NCBI GenBank assembly: GCA_045130665.1
Contig: JBGUQC010000004.1
Location: 275,671-339,670, forward strand
Direction: 5' to 3'
DNA: 64,000 bases
Source of the DNA: Christensenellales bacterium
GTDB lineage: Bacteria; Bacillota; Clostridia; Christensenellales; CAG-917
Numbering within the stretch: position 1 is the stretch's first letter; the number at the start of each line of letters is the position of its first letter. Positions 42,621 to 53,602 of this stretch are shown piece after piece. The notes beneath the pieces are model-generated. The model saw only the letters and a program-made list of their open reading frames with translations, had not been told where the DNA came from and did not search any database. A program made the position numbers and the translations under genes.

Positions 42621-43679
42621 CTATTTATCAATTTTAGAATATGGCATGTAAACTTCCATATCATAAATTTTGTCTGAACTTAATTTGTAAATCTTTTCAA
42701 AGAATTTTGCATATCCTTTATCTGAATTGACTAACTTACCAACAAATGTATAACTCCATACATCAAACTTGGTAACCTTAATCTTTGAAATAGTTCCTGC
42801 CTCTGTTGCAAACTTCATCTTGTTGTAGCTTACCTTTGTTAATCTGTAGAACAAGAATATTGCACCTACAACAATTGTAATTGGTAACATTGTCCAACAA
42901 AGAACTTGTGTAATTGGAACAGCATCTACTCTTATATATTCATTCAATGCTCTAATTATGCACTCCCATGCAATATAACAGAATGCAAGTATACCAGCTG
43001 CTTTTTTGTTCTTTTTAAGAACAATTGTAAACATAACAGCGCCGATAAGGTTCCATACTAATTCATAGAAGAATGTTGCTGCAAACCAGTATCCACCATT
43101 GTTTGCATTAATGTATCCCCAAACTTGGTCATAGTACTCTGGTGCTACACCACTTGGATCTGTAATATATATTGCAATTGGGAAATGTTGCATGGATGCT
43201 TTTGTAATAGCAATACCAAATGCTTCTTGGTTAATGAAGTTACCTACTCTTCCTATTGCTTGTGCAAGCAATACTGGAACAACAGCTGTGTCTAAACACA
43301 TTCCTAAGGATAATTGTTTTCTATGTCTAAACCAGAATATGATAATTCCACCAATACCACCTATAATTCCACCAATGATGGTTAATCCACCTTCCCAAAT
43401 GGCTATCATGTTGACAAAGTCATCAAAAGATGTCCAGTGGTAGAAATATTCAGATGGTCTAACAATTACGTAAAGTAATCTTGCACATACTACACCGAGT
43501 GGTACAACCCATAAAAAGATTTCAACACCATCATCTGTGTGCATGCCTATTTTTTTCATGTGCCAGCATACGATAAATAAGGCAATAATCATGCCAAATG
43601 TTATCAATAAGCCGTACCACGCTACTTCTATGTCGCCTATTCTAAAGGCAATTCTATCAATTGCAAGTAATGTTTCCAT
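42621..43679 (-). CDS. lgt: Prolipoprotein diacylglyceryl transferase with C-terminal extension
   Basis: WYGL, IWEGGL, QAIGRVGNFINQEAFG, FYE, R..NEYIR. Confidence 0.9.
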   Translation of the reverse strand: METLLAIDRIAFRIGDIEVAWYGLLITFGMIIALFIVCWHMKKIGMHTDDGVEIFLWVVPLGVVCARLLYVIVRPSEYFYHWTSFDDFVNMIAIWEGGLTIIGGIIGGIGGIIIFWFRHRKQLSLGMCLDTAVVPVLLAQAIGRVGNFINQEAFGIAITKASMQHFPIAIYITDPSGVAPEYYDQVWGYINANNGGYWFAATFFYELVWNLIGAVMFTIVLKKNKKAAGILAFCYIAWECIIRALNEYIRVDAVPITQVLCWTMLPITIVVGAIFLFYRLTKVSYNKMKFATEAGTISKIKVTKFDVWSYTFVGKLVNSDKGYAKFFEKIYKLSSDKIYDMEVYMPYSKIDK

Positions 43680-43682
43680 AAA

Positions 43683-44954
43683 TTAATATAATTTAGCAAT
43701 GCAAGTTGCACCAGCTTGTCTGATTGCAACCTTCATTACGGATTTCGCTCCAAATATTTTGTTGAACTCTGCTTGTGCTGCAAATGAATTCTTTCTCTTT
43801 ACAAACACAAGAATAGTGCCTGCAAAACCGCCACCATGTACTCTAGATGCAACTACACCTTTTACTTCGGATACTGCATCCAATCCGTTTTCTATGTTGT
43901 GATTTCCTGCTTTTTCTGAATAACAGTTCTTGAGTTTATATCTTGAACTGTAACCAGAATCATTTATTGCTTTTAAGAATGCTTTCTCATCTTTCTTCTT
44001 TACGGCATAATAAGCATCCTCAACTCTCTTATTCTCTTCAAAGAAATGCTCTGCTCTGTCTATTGCTCTCTCGGAAACAGTGCCCTTAAGATCATCTAAC
44101 TTTGCATTGAAGTCACTTGGGTTAACTTCTCTTAAGATATTTGCCCCAAAGTATTTGGCAACATCGTTCATTTCCTTCTTAATTGCAGCATAATCATCTG
44201 TTAAATCACTATGATCTCCACCTGTTGCAATTACGAAAATATCTAAATCATCAAACTTCCATTCTTGTGAATCAATTGTTGGATTCTTAAGGTCAGCAAA
44301 GTCCATCAAAGAAACGCCACCAGCAGATATTGTTAATTGGTCCATTAAACCACAAGGTTTAAATAAGAAATTATTCTCGCTGTATTGAGAAGCAAGTGCC
44401 TTGAATACAACGCCCAAATTTCTGTCATTATAGAATGTATTTAAAATCTCTGCTGCCATGAGCTCATATGCAGATGAAGATGAAACACCAGCACCAAGTG
44501 GGATAGTTGTGTGCATAACCGCATCGAAACCACCAACTTTCATACCATGTTTGAGATAATAATCACAAACACCCATTACAAGTCCTCTCTCTCCCTCAAT
44601 ATCTCTTGAAGGAATAAGTGGCTCGTTTGTGTTAATAACTACTTTCTTGCCATCTTCCCAAATTGTAATAATTCCATCATCTGTTGGATTAACTACTGCA
44701 ACAATATCAATAGATACTGCTGCTGCAATAACTTTTCCACCGTTGTGGTCTGTATGATTACCAACTAATTCAATTCTTCCAGGGGAAGAAAAAAGATACT
44801 CACCCTCCACTCCAAATTGCATTTCAAAAGTGTTGAGTAAGTTTGCATATCTCGCTGTAATTTCGTCTGTGGTTATACCATATAGTGAAACACAGTCGTT
44901 AAGGAATGAACCATTGTGCTTTAAATTGTTAAAATAATCTGTTGCCATTTTCAT
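43683..44954 (-). CDS. galK: Galactokinase (GHMP family)
   Basis: PGRIELVGNHTDHN, PLGAGVSSS, KPCGLMDQ, RVHGGGFAG; divergent from galT. Confidence 0.9.
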   Translation of the reverse strand: MKMATDYFNNLKHNGSFLNDCVSLYGITTDEITARYANLLNTFEMQFGVEGEYLFSSPGRIELVGNHTDHNGGKVIAAAVSIDIVAVVNPTDDGIITIWEDGKKVVINTNEPLIPSRDIEGERGLVMGVCDYYLKHGMKVGGFDAVMHTTIPLGAGVSSSSAYELMAAEILNTFYNDRNLGVVFKALASQYSENNFLFKPCGLMDQLTISAGGVSLMDFADLKNPTIDSQEWKFDDLDIFVIATGGDHSDLTDDYAAIKKEMNDVAKYFGANILREVNPSDFNAKLDDLKGTVSERAIDRAEHFFEENKRVEDAYYAVKKKDEKAFLKAINDSGYSSRYKLKNCYSEKAGNHNIENGLDAVSEVKGVVASRVHGGGFAGTILVFVKRKNSFAAQAEFNKIFGAKSVMKVAIRQAGATCIAKLY

Positions 44955-45050
44955 TTCCGTAGTTTATAATTTAATAAGATTTTTAAATTATATCACATTA
45001 ATTTTCAAATATGCAATTAAATATAATCCCAATGAGATTTTGGAGGCATT

Positions 45051-46598
45051 ATGTCCAATACAATTAATTATGAGGCAAAAGCAAAAAGCGCGGTTAATGC
45101 ACTTGTAGATTATGCATACAATAAATTAGGTATGCCAGATGTAGATTTAGTCTACGCAAAGAACGCATTATTAGACATCTTAAAACTAGATGAACCAAGC
45201 GAAGACATCGAGACAAATACGGACATTTATTATCTTTTAGATAATATTACCAAGTATGCAATTGAAAAAGGCTTAACAACTGAGGATGAGGCTATTAACT
45301 TCCAAACAAGAGTTATGGGAGCTATTACTCCACCACCTAGTTCAGTAATTGAAGAGTTCGAAAATGTTGCTTACAAAGAAGATGCAATGGCTGCAGCAAG
45401 ATGGCTCTATGAATTTGGTTTTAATACAACATATATCCGTAAACCAGATATAGATAAAAACATTATGTGGTCTTTCGATGCACCTAGAGGAAAGATTGAT
45501 ATCACTATCAACCTCTCAAAACCAGAAAAGACTCCAGAACAAATTGCTAAGGCTAAACTAGTTAAGTCCGGACATCCAAAGTGCATGCTTTGTATTGAAA
45601 ACGTTGGATTTGCTGGTAATGCTGCAAAACCTGCAAGACAAACATTAAGAGTTATTCCTATTTCTCTTGGTAATGAAGTATGGTATGTACAATTCTCACC
45701 ATATAGCTATTTCCAAGAACACTTAATTGCATTCGCACACGAGCATAGACCAATGAAGATAAGTAAAGAAACCTTCGTTAGAATGGCGGATTTCGTGGAT
45801 ATCTTCAATGATTACTTCATCGGATCTAATGCAGACCTCCCTATCGTTGGTGGTTCAATTCTTGCACATGACCATTATCAAGGTGGTGCAAAGGTTCTTC
45901 CAATTTTCTTTAGAGAATCAAGAAAGAACTTCTATTTCTTAGGTTACCCAGATGTAAACGTTTCTATAGTAGACTGGTACAACTCAGTAGTTAGAGTAGA
46001 AAGTAAGAATAAAGCTCAACTTCTCGAGGTTGCAGATAAGTTCAGAATTGCATGGGAAAACTATTCAGATGAAGAAGTTGATATTCTTGCCAGCACAAAC
46101 GGAGAAAGACATAATACAATTACTCCAATTATGAGTATGAACGATGGCGAATATAGATTAGATATGATTCTAAGAAATAACCGCACAGATGAAAAACATC
46201 CATATGGTATTTATCACCCAACCGAAGATATGCACAATATCAAGAAAGAAGGTATTGGTATTATTGAGGCAACAGGTAGATTCATTCTCCCAGGAAGATT
46301 AGCATCTGAAATGACAATGATTAGAGACTTACTAACATCTGCAGATCCAATTCCATTTAAGACATTATCAGATGAAAAGCATCCACTTTGTAAACACCTC
46401 GGCATGATTGCACAACTTGCAATGGATGCAGGTACAAATATCTCAGAATCTAAGGCAAGTAAAGCTATTACAGATTACATCAACAACACATGTGAAAAAA
46501 TCTTAGATACAACTGCTGTATTCAAGAACACACAGCTTGGACAAAACCACTTTGCTAAGTTCATCGAGTCTGTAGTAGGTACCCAAAATCAAGACTAA
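45051..46598 (+). CDS. galT: Galactose-1-phosphate uridylyltransferase (class II)
   Basis: ITINLSKPEK, QFSPYSYFQEH, SNADLPIVGGSILAHDHYQGG, HNIKKEGIG. Confidence 0.95.
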   Translation: MSNTINYEAKAKSAVNALVDYAYNKLGMPDVDLVYAKNALLDILKLDEPSEDIETNTDIYYLLDNITKYAIEKGLTTEDEAINFQTRVMGAITPPPSSVIEEFENVAYKEDAMAAARWLYEFGFNTTYIRKPDIDKNIMWSFDAPRGKIDITINLSKPEKTPEQIAKAKLVKSGHPKCMLCIENVGFAGNAAKPARQTLRVIPISLGNEVWYVQFSPYSYFQEHLIAFAHEHRPMKISKETFVRMADFVDIFNDYFIGSNADLPIVGGSILAHDHYQGGAKVLPIFFRESRKNFYFLGYPDVNVSIVDWYNSVVRVESKNKAQLLEVADKFRIAWENYSDEEVDILASTNGERHNTITPIMSMNDGEYRLDMILRNNRTDEKHPYGIYHPTEDMHNIKKEGIGIIEATGRFILPGRLASEMTMIRDLLTSADPIPFKTLSDEKHPLCKHLGMIAQLAMDAGTNISESKASKAITDYINNTCEKILDTTAVFKNTQLGQNHFAKFIESVVGTQNQD

Positions 46599-46614
46599 TT
46601 AGGTATATAAAAAT

Positions 46615-46647
46615 AAAAAAGCCTTCCTGCAATGGGAAGGTTTTTTA
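46615..46647. terminator. Bidirectional terminator between galT and recR
   Basis: A-run, GCCTTCC-7-GGAAGGGT, T-run. Confidence 0.8.
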
Positions 46648-46684
46648 ATATCAAAAATTGAGTTTATCGAACAAAAACAGCACT

Positions 46685-47272
46685 TTAAAGTTCAATTCTG
46701 CTTGTTAATGCTCTCTGTAAAGTATTCTCATCAGCGTATTCTATAATGCTTCCTTCTGGTAGACCTCTTGCTATTCTAGTAACCTTTATTCCCATAGGTT
46801 TAATTAGTCTTGCAAGATACATTGCAGTAGCCTCACCTTCTACATCTGGATTGGTTGCAAGGATAACTTCCTTAACCTCTGGAGTTAATCTCTTAAGTAG
46901 TTCCTTAATCTTTAATTGATCTGGACCAATACCATCCATAGGAGAGATTACACCACCTAATACATGGTAAACTCCAGTGTATCCCTTTATCTTCTCTAGA
47001 GCCTTAATGTCCTTTGGTTCTGTAACTACACAAATAGTTTCAGCTTTTCTTTCTGCACAGATATCACAAATATCATTCTCTGTATAGTTTCCACATATAG
47101 AACAGAAATGTACGTTTTGCTTTAACTCCTTAATAGCATCAGCAAAAGCAGCAATATCTTCGTCAGACCAATTTAAAAGAGCATAAGCATATCTTGCTGC
47201 TGTCTTTTGTCCAACAGATGGAAGTTTGCCAAATTCGGCTATAAGTTTTGCTAATGGTTCTATGTATTGCAT
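46685..47272 (-). CDS. recR: Recombination mediator RecR
   Basis: KLPSVGQKTAAR, C4 finger CSICGN..CDIC, YHVLGGVISP, EVILATNP.VEGEATA. Confidence 0.97.
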   Translation of the reverse strand: MQYIEPLAKLIAEFGKLPSVGQKTAARYAYALLNWSDEDIAAFADAIKELKQNVHFCSICGNYTENDICDICAERKAETICVVTEPKDIKALEKIKGYTGVYHVLGGVISPMDGIGPDQLKIKELLKRLTPEVKEVILATNPDVEGEATAMYLARLIKPMGIKVTRIARGLPEGSIIEYADENTLQRALTSRIEL

Positions 47273-47273
47273 A

Positions 47274-47606
47274 TTACATTAATCCTGCCCCACCGAGAGG
47301 TCCTAATAATTCTTGAGATAGATCATCTGCATTCTTCATTGCATCTGCAAGAGCTGCCATAATCATATCTTCTAACATTTCAACATCTTCTGGGTCTACA
47401 CATTCTGGCTTAATTTCAATAGAAACTGGTGTTTTGTTACCTTTTAAAGTAACTGTAACCATTCCACCACCTGCTGTTCCTTCTACTTCTTCTTCAGCAA
47501 GTTGCTCTTGAGCCTCTTGTAATTTTCTTTGCATTGCTTGGGCTTGCTTCATAAGTTGTTGCATATTTCCGCCGCCAAATCCGCCTGGATATCCACCGTG
47601 TCCCAT
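47274..47606 (-). CDS. YbaB/EbfC nucleoid-associated protein
   Basis: MQQLMKQAQAMQ..GTAGGGMV..DVEMLEDMI; dnaX-ybaB-recR synteny. Confidence 0.95.
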   Translation of the reverse strand: MGHGGYPGGFGGGNMQQLMKQAQAMQRKLQEAQEQLAEEEVEGTAGGGMVTVTLKGNKTPVSIEIKPECVDPEDVEMLEDMIMAALADAMKNADDLSQELLGPLGGAGLM

Positions 47607-47617
47607 AATATATCTCC

Positions 47618-49150
47618 TTACTTTAATATGTTCAATCTGTTGCCAAACATCTCTTTAAGATATGGCAATGAATTATTTTTATCTTGTACAACATTGCATC
47701 TTAATACTAAAACCTTAGAACAAACTCCACTGAATACTTCAGTGATTAGTTCCTTGTTGGATTTAGCATTTGGTACACCTATTGGTTTTGTGGTGTTTGC
47801 AATGATGTTGTATTGCGACTTGTCTGCAAAGTTTGCTATGAATTCAGTTTCTGTCTCTTCACATACTGCAGTAGTAGCCGCCATGACGAGCATTTCTTGT
47901 CCTCTAGTCTTTAACTCGTCTATTACTACCTTCCACAAATCACCAGGCTTTACCTGGCTCTTGGAGGGAAAAGATCCCTGTTGAGGTTGAACCACTACAC
48001 CACTCTTTACAGCCTTTTCAAGTACTGCTACCTTCTTTTGAAGCGCTGCAACATCTGCAGAAGATGTGCCCTTTGTTATTTCAACCATTGTTGCTTCAAA
48101 GATGATTCTATGTTGTGTAGTATATCTAAATGCTGAATATAGTGAGTTCAATTTCTTTAAGTTGTCTAAGCATTTTTCATTGCTAATTTCTTTAGAAATT
48201 GCCTCAAGTGCAGCATATGTCTCATTTGGAAGGTTAACTATCTTTCTTGCATCCTTACATGTCTTAATGTAAATGATGTTTCTATAAGCATCTGCCAAGT
48301 CTTGTGCAAGCATGCTAATAGACTTACCTTTTGCACAGATTTCATCTGTTAAAAGTAAGACTTCTTCTAAATCTCCCTCATTTGCTGCTTTAATATAATT
48401 AATAATTATCTCTGGATCGTTTGCGCCTAATACCTCTAGAACGCCATTATATGTGATATCTCCCATACAATAACTCATACACATATCTGCAATGGATAAT
48501 GCATCTCTGACACTACCATTACCAGCTTGTGCAATAAGCTCTACTGCTGGAACTTCATACTTAACTGTGAGTTCATCAAAGATATTACAAATGTGCTCTG
48601 TTAATACTTTTTTAGATACTAATCTAAAGTCAAATCTTAAACAACGAGAAAGAATAGTTGCAGGAACTGCACTAACCTCTGTTGTTGCAAGAATAAATAT
48701 TGCATATTTAGGTGGTTCTTCTAATGTCTTTAAAAGAGCATTGAATGCTGCCTTAGAAAGCATATGAACTTCGTCGATGATGTATACTTTGTATTTACCA
48801 ATAGATGGTGTGTAACTCATCTGATTGATAATATCTCTGATTTGCTCTACACCATTGTTGGATGCAGCATCTAATTCAACGATATCAAAGTTGTCATCAA
48901 GAGCTAGTCCTAAACATACTTCACAAGTACCACAAGGAGATCCATTTACTGGGTGCAAACAGTTAACTGCCTTTGCAAAAATCTTTGCAACAGATGTCTT
49001 ACCTGTTCCTCTTGTTCCAGTAAAGATATATGCATGTCCAACATTGTTAGAGTTAATTTGGTTTACCAATGTCTTAATGATATGATCTTGCCCTAATACC
49101 TTTGCAAAAGTAGTTGGACGATATCTTCTGTATAATGAGGTAAAAGCCAT
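47618..49150 (-). CDS. dnaX: DNA polymerase III subunit gamma/tau
   Basis: LYRRYRP, GTRGTGKTS, IIDEVHML, FNALLKTLEEPP, TILSRC. Confidence 0.97.
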   Translation of the reverse strand: MAFTSLYRRYRPTTFAKVLGQDHIIKTLVNQINSNNVGHAYIFTGTRGTGKTSVAKIFAKAVNCLHPVNGSPCGTCEVCLGLALDDNFDIVELDAASNNGVEQIRDIINQMSYTPSIGKYKVYIIDEVHMLSKAAFNALLKTLEEPPKYAIFILATTEVSAVPATILSRCLRFDFRLVSKKVLTEHICNIFDELTVKYEVPAVELIAQAGNGSVRDALSIADMCMSYCMGDITYNGVLEVLGANDPEIIINYIKAANEGDLEEVLLLTDEICAKGKSISMLAQDLADAYRNIIYIKTCKDARKIVNLPNETYAALEAISKEISNEKCLDNLKKLNSLYSAFRYTTQHRIIFEATMVEITKGTSSADVAALQKKVAVLEKAVKSGVVVQPQQGSFPSKSQVKPGDLWKVVIDELKTRGQEMLVMAATTAVCEETETEFIANFADKSQYNIIANTTKPIGVPNAKSNKELITEVFSGVCSKVLVLRCNVVQDKNNSLPYLKEMFGNRLNILK

Positions 49151-49152
49151 TT

Positions 49153-49614
49153 TTACTCCTTCTCTAAATCCTCGTATTTTTGAACAACAATGCCAGATTC
49201 TTTAAGTAATTGTTGTGCGAATTCATCTGGATATGGAAGCTTATAAACAATTCTCTTGATGCCAGAATTTATGATTAATCTTGTACATATAGTACAAGGT
49301 TGATGTGTACAATATAGAGTTCCTCCATCTACAGAAACACCAATTTTTGCTGCTTGCATTAATGCATTTTGTTCTGCATGAACAGCATAACATGTTTCTT
49401 GTCTTGTTCCAGATGGAATGCCAAGTTTATCTCTTAAACATTCACCCTTTTCTTTACAGCTAACTAATCCTGCTGGAGCACCATTATAACCTGTTGCAAT
49501 AATACGTCTGTCTTGTACAATGATGGCACCTACACTTCTTCCTGCTCTATAACATGAAGACCATGATGAAACGAAATCTGCCATCTCCATAAATCTTTTA
49601 TCCCATTTGTTCAT
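49153..49614 (-). CDS. dCMP deaminase family (ComEB-like) protein
   Basis: IIATGYNGAP, HAEQNA, THQPCTIC. Confidence 0.88.
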   Translation of the reverse strand: MNKWDKRFMEMADFVSSWSSCYRAGRSVGAIIVQDRRIIATGYNGAPAGLVSCKEKGECLRDKLGIPSGTRQETCYAVHAEQNALMQAAKIGVSVDGGTLYCTHQPCTICTRLIINSGIKRIVYKLPYPDEFAQQLLKESGIVVQKYEDLEKE

Positions 49615-49735
49615 AAAAATACTTCCTAAATGTAAATAATTATGTATATAATATCATACAATATATGCAGCACAAAAACAATAACTAATTTTGCAATTGT
49701 AACAAAAATAAATTATTATTTTTTATACAAAAATG

Positions 49736-49764
49736 TTGACTTTTAGCAAATGTTTTGTTAAATT
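49736..49764 (+). promoter_or_regulatory. SigA promoter of groESL
   Basis: TTGACT-17 bp-TAAATT with extended TG. Confidence 0.65.
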
Positions 49765-49765
49765 G

Positions 49766-49792
49766 TTAGCAAACTAAATCGTTGAGTGCTAG
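49766..49792 (+). promoter_or_regulatory. CIRCE element (HrcA operator)
   Basis: TTAGCAAAC-N9-GAGTGCTAG versus consensus TTAGCACTC-N9-GAGTGCTAA, between the promoter and groES; extra TTAGCA half-site in the promoter spacer. Confidence 0.85.
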
Positions 49793-49829
49793 TTTTATGA
49801 AGAAATAAACTCATTAGGAGGCAATATAA

Positions 49830-50117
49830 ATGAAGATTAATCCTTTATTCGACAAAGTTGTCATAAAGAAAATCGAAGCTGAGGAAACAACCAAAGGTGG
49901 AATCATCCTCACAAACGCAGCAAAGGAAAAACCAGACATGGCTGAAGTTATAGCAGTTGGTCCTGGCGGAACAGCAGAAGGCAAAGAACTCAAAATGGAA
50001 GTCAAAGTCGGAGATATAGTTCTCTGCGCAAAATATGCAGGTACAGATGTTAAGGTAGATGGACAAGAAGTAACAATAGTTCGTCAAGCAGACATCCTTG
50101 CAATTATTGAAAAATAA
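49830..50117 (+). CDS. groES: Co-chaperonin GroES
   Basis: PLFDKVVI, TKGGIIL, AVGPG, VKVGD..KYAGT. Confidence 0.98.
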   Translation: MKINPLFDKVVIKKIEAEETTKGGIILTNAAKEKPDMAEVIAVGPGGTAEGKELKMEVKVGDIVLCAKYAGTDVKVDGQEVTIVRQADILAIIEK

Positions 50118-51758
<1,641 letters not shown>

Positions 51759-51781
51759 TACCCAAAAAACTAAAAGATTTG

Positions 51782-51813
51782 AAGTCCCATTTCGAAAGAT
51801 TTGGGACTTTTTT
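51782..51813 (+). terminator. groESL terminator
   Basis: AAGTCCCA...TGGGACTT followed by T-run. Confidence 0.85.
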
Positions 51814-51919
51814 AATTAATTTAAAAATTTCTTTGTTATGTGCATGTTTATGTACACGTTTTCCCGGCAGTAAGTGATAAAATATAGTTAGTGAAAAACC
51901 TACAAAGGAGGGATTAATT

Positions 51920-52153
51920 ATGGCCAAAGTACCAATAACAGAAGAAGAGTTTTGGCTTATTATTTTAGCAGACCTTTTTAATAGATTGGTTGAAACCAAA
52001 AGCTGGTTCAAATCACTAATATATAAGATTCGCATCAAGAGCATTATGAAGTATATGGAAAAGAATCTAGGCGTTTCATTAGAGTATGACACGGCAACCA
52101 AACATCTATATACAAAACCAATTAATGCAATGCAGGAGAAAATAGGATGGTAA
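51920..52153 (+). CDS. Small hypothetical protein (77 aa)
   Basis: Strong SD AAGGAGG 8 nt before the ATG and an upstream TG-a-TAAAAT; no family recognised. Confidence 0.7.
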   Translation: MAKVPITEEEFWLIILADLFNRLVETKSWFKSLIYKIRIKSIMKYMEKNLGVSLEYDTATKHLYTKPINAMQEKIGW

Positions 52154-52233
52154 TTGTTTTAATACTTCTTTTTGCTTTAATAGAATTGGTTAAAAAATCA
52201 TAAAAGTAATATTTTAAAAATAACATGTAATTA

Positions 52234-52262
52234 TTGAAAAAAGAAATATTATATGCTAAAAT
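52234..52262 (+). promoter_or_regulatory. SigA promoter of the abiE-like operon
   Basis: TTGAAA-17 bp-TAAAAT with extended TG. Confidence 0.6.
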
Positions 52263-52293
52263 TAAAATGAAATTAAATGTTTGTGGAGTTTAT

Positions 52294-53055
52294 ATGAAGT
52301 ACTATAAAAAGTTATTAGAACTTGGGTGTTTTACACGCGAAGATATAATAAAACTAGTTGGAACTGATGCTGGCGCAACATCATTAATATATGATTATTT
52401 AAAAAAAGGATATATACAACGTGTAAAAAGAAACCTTTATGTTACAATAAGTCTTGAAAATGATTGCCCAATATTAAATAGATATCAAATAGGTTCCCAC
52501 CTTTTTGAAGATGCTTTTATATCTCATCATAGTGCACTTGAAATCATAGGTTCATATAATCAGGTATATTATGAGTGTTATGTATCAACAAAACATCGTT
52601 TTAAAGATTTTACTTATGATGGAGTTACATATCATAGAGTTGATAGCGAAAATTATAATCAAATAGAAAACAACAATAAAACAAAATATACCACAAAAGA
52701 GCGTTCGATTGTAGATAGCATCAAAGATTATAAAAAAATATCCGATTTAGAAGAAATATTGAAGTGTTTATTACTAACAGATACATTGGATGAAAATAAA
52801 ATATTAAATTGTCTTGAAACATATCATAATGGTTTTTTATATCAAAAATGTGGTTATATATTTGAGTCCTTAAATTATCACCTACACTTCTCTAGCGTGT
52901 TTTTTAAAAAATGTAAAAATAATATATCGGACTCAAAAAGATATTTTGACGAGCAATATATGTGTAAACAATATAACAAAAAATGGAAACTATATGTTCC
53001 AAACGACATAACTGAATATACAGATAAAGGAATAGATTTGAATGCAATTGGATAA
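52294..53055 (+). CDS. AbiEi-type type IV antitoxin / transcriptional regulator
   Basis: N-terminal wHTH (YLKKGYIQRVKRNLY), AFISHHSALE, ERSIVDSI; overlaps an AbiEii-like gene. Start at ATG 52294 after GGAG. Confidence 0.85.
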   Translation: MKYYKKLLELGCFTREDIIKLVGTDAGATSLIYDYLKKGYIQRVKRNLYVTISLENDCPILNRYQIGSHLFEDAFISHHSALEIIGSYNQVYYECYVSTKHRFKDFTYDGVTYHRVDSENYNQIENNNKTKYTTKERSIVDSIKDYKKISDLEEILKCLLLTDTLDENKILNCLETYHNGFLYQKCGYIFESLNYHLHFSSVFFKKCKNNISDSKRYFDEQYMCKQYNKKWKLYVPNDITEYTDKGIDLNAIG

Positions 53056-53441
53056 AAAATATTTACAAGAATTGTCTAATAAATATGGATATGTACGAGA
53101 TACTCTAGAAAAGCAGTTGCGATTAGCTGATTTATTGGATCGTTTTAATAATGATAATTATTTATCAGATAAACTATCCTTAAAAGGTGGAACAAATATT
53201 AATTTATTTGTATTAAATGGCCCAAGATTATCTTTAGATATTGATGTCCGAAATGCAAACTTTGGATCCTTGTGATAAAGAATTCTTGTATCAATTCCAA
53301 AAAGGCATTTATGAGCCAGGATTATTGTTCGATGATAAAAAAATTACAGAAAGAATTGAAGCACATCCTATGGCTCAATGGAAATGTTTGAATAACGCAA
53401 AACAAAACGAAATATCTCATGATTACGAAAGGGATTATTAA
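53042..53441 (+). pseudogene. AbiEii-type nucleotidyltransferase toxin, internally deleted and frameshifted
   Basis: N-fragment (53042-53275) has LSLKGGT.INLF...PRLSLDID, then the frame breaks. The out-of-frame C-fragment (53241-53441) EFL.QFQKGIYEPGLLFDD..I.ERIEAHPMAQWK resembles the family C-terminus; the central part is missing. Confidence 0.8.
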
Positions 53442-53458
53442 CTCTTTCATTTATCACA

Positions 53459-53488
53459 AATAGAGGTCGAGAAAATCGGCCTATTTTT
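53459..53488 (+). terminator. Terminator after the abiE-like operon
   Basis: AATAG-A-GGTCGA-GAAAA-TCGGCC-TATT followed by T-run. Confidence 0.7.
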
Positions 53489-53514
53489 ATTTTTAAAATA
53501 TTTATTAAATATCA

Positions 53515-53568
53515 TTGACATGTATATATACAATATATATAATGCTCTTAAGTTTATTTTTACTAAAC
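53515..53568 (+). promoter_or_regulatory. Consensus SigA promoter of regulator-potABCD plus candidate operator
   Basis: TTGACA-17 bp-TATAAT (53515-53543); GTTTA-N7-TAAAC inverted repeat at 53552-53568. Confidence 0.8.
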
Positions 53569-53602
53569 AAAAAAATTACAATTACAAAACCTAAGGAAAA
53601 TT

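Noticed and set aside
48607-48613. AAAAAAG slippery sequence in dnaX
   Set aside because: It is phased AAA AAA G rather than A AAA AAG and lies at about codon 180 inside the ATPase core, so it does not match the gamma/tau frameshift.
49151-49735. SRP RNA upstream of dnaX as in Bacillus synteny
   Set aside because: The deaminase gene abuts dnaX (2-bp gap), and the upstream region is AT-rich with no SRP helix.
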